From: an uncultured virus (IMG/VR IMGVR_UViG_3300005680_000003)
Lineage: Duplodnaviria > Heunggongvirae > Uroviricota > Caudoviricetes
IMG/VR virus record: IMGVR_UViG_3300005680_000003
Span: 1 to 64,000 of that record
DNA: 64,000 bases
Reading direction: 5' to 3' (one strand)
The translations under genes were made by a program, and so were the position numbers. Under the pieces are notes generated by a model. It did no database searches. It was not told the DNA's origin and saw only the letters and a list, made by a program, of their open reading frames with translations. Shown one piece after another: positions 63,865 to 64,000 of this stretch (the first letter of the stretch is position 1; the number at the start of each line of letters is the position of its first letter).

Positions 63865-64000
63865 GGCTGCCCGTGCCGCGCAGGCCTCGGCGAGGTCGTG
63901 CCGGGAGTGCAGATGCCCACACCCGATTGTGGTCCTGCCCTTGGTGACGGTGCCGGTGTACCACTTGCCGTGCTCGACAACGCCAGGGGTCCAGGATGCT

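Larger units (their letters stand above)
1..64000. mobile_element. Temperate actinobacteriophage (siphovirus-like) genome, near complete, non-integrated form
   Basis: Terminase, portal, capsid, tail tube, tape measure, lysin, integrase, repressor, RecT/YqaJ, DnaB and WhiB are all present; no host housekeeping genes; no sheath gene; intact attP mid-window. Confidence 0.95.

Noticed and set aside
1..64000. Integrated prophage with flanking host DNA
   Set aside because: No host genes, and the att site is intact with both arms rather than split into attL and attR

Overview
Nearly the whole genome of a very GC-rich temperate actinobacterial siphovirus. It is seen in its non-integrated (circular/virion) configuration, because an intact attP carrying the 3' half of a CAU-anticodon tRNA lies mid-window with phage genes on both sides. 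Almost all genes are on the minus strand. From the right end leftwards: glycosyltransferase; terminase large subunit with a class 3 intein; portal-MuF fusion; protease-scaffold; decoration and major capsid proteins; a block of fibre/CAZyme genes; head-tail connectors; a GH26 enzyme; tail tube, chaperones, tape measure and minor tail proteins (one ending in a GH18 domain); a hairpin-bounded SF1 helicase insert; the lysis cassette (amidase, holin, a second GH18, two membrane proteins); an accessory operon (DUF5131, PD-(D/E)XK nuclease, MTase, HerA-like ATPase); attP, integrase and repressor; and the early operon (Xis-like, YqaJ, RecT, RuvC-like, WhiB, Rep with iterons, DnaB, ParB, MmcB-like, DUF1643, HNH, clamp-FtsK-gamma fusion, HslV-like, Orn). 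The most notable signals are (i) a candidate 'bead-on-string' neck fibre built on a protein with 22 x 20-aa repeats and a YGG-TYG motif shared with a tail protein, in a phage carrying four glycan-active enzymes plus a glycosyltransferase; (ii) a 17-bp palindrome (RTCTAG-N5-YTAGAC) recurring at intergenic promoters across the genome; (iii) a one-base frameshift in the immunity repressor. All family assignments come from motifs recognised by eye; no database searches were run.
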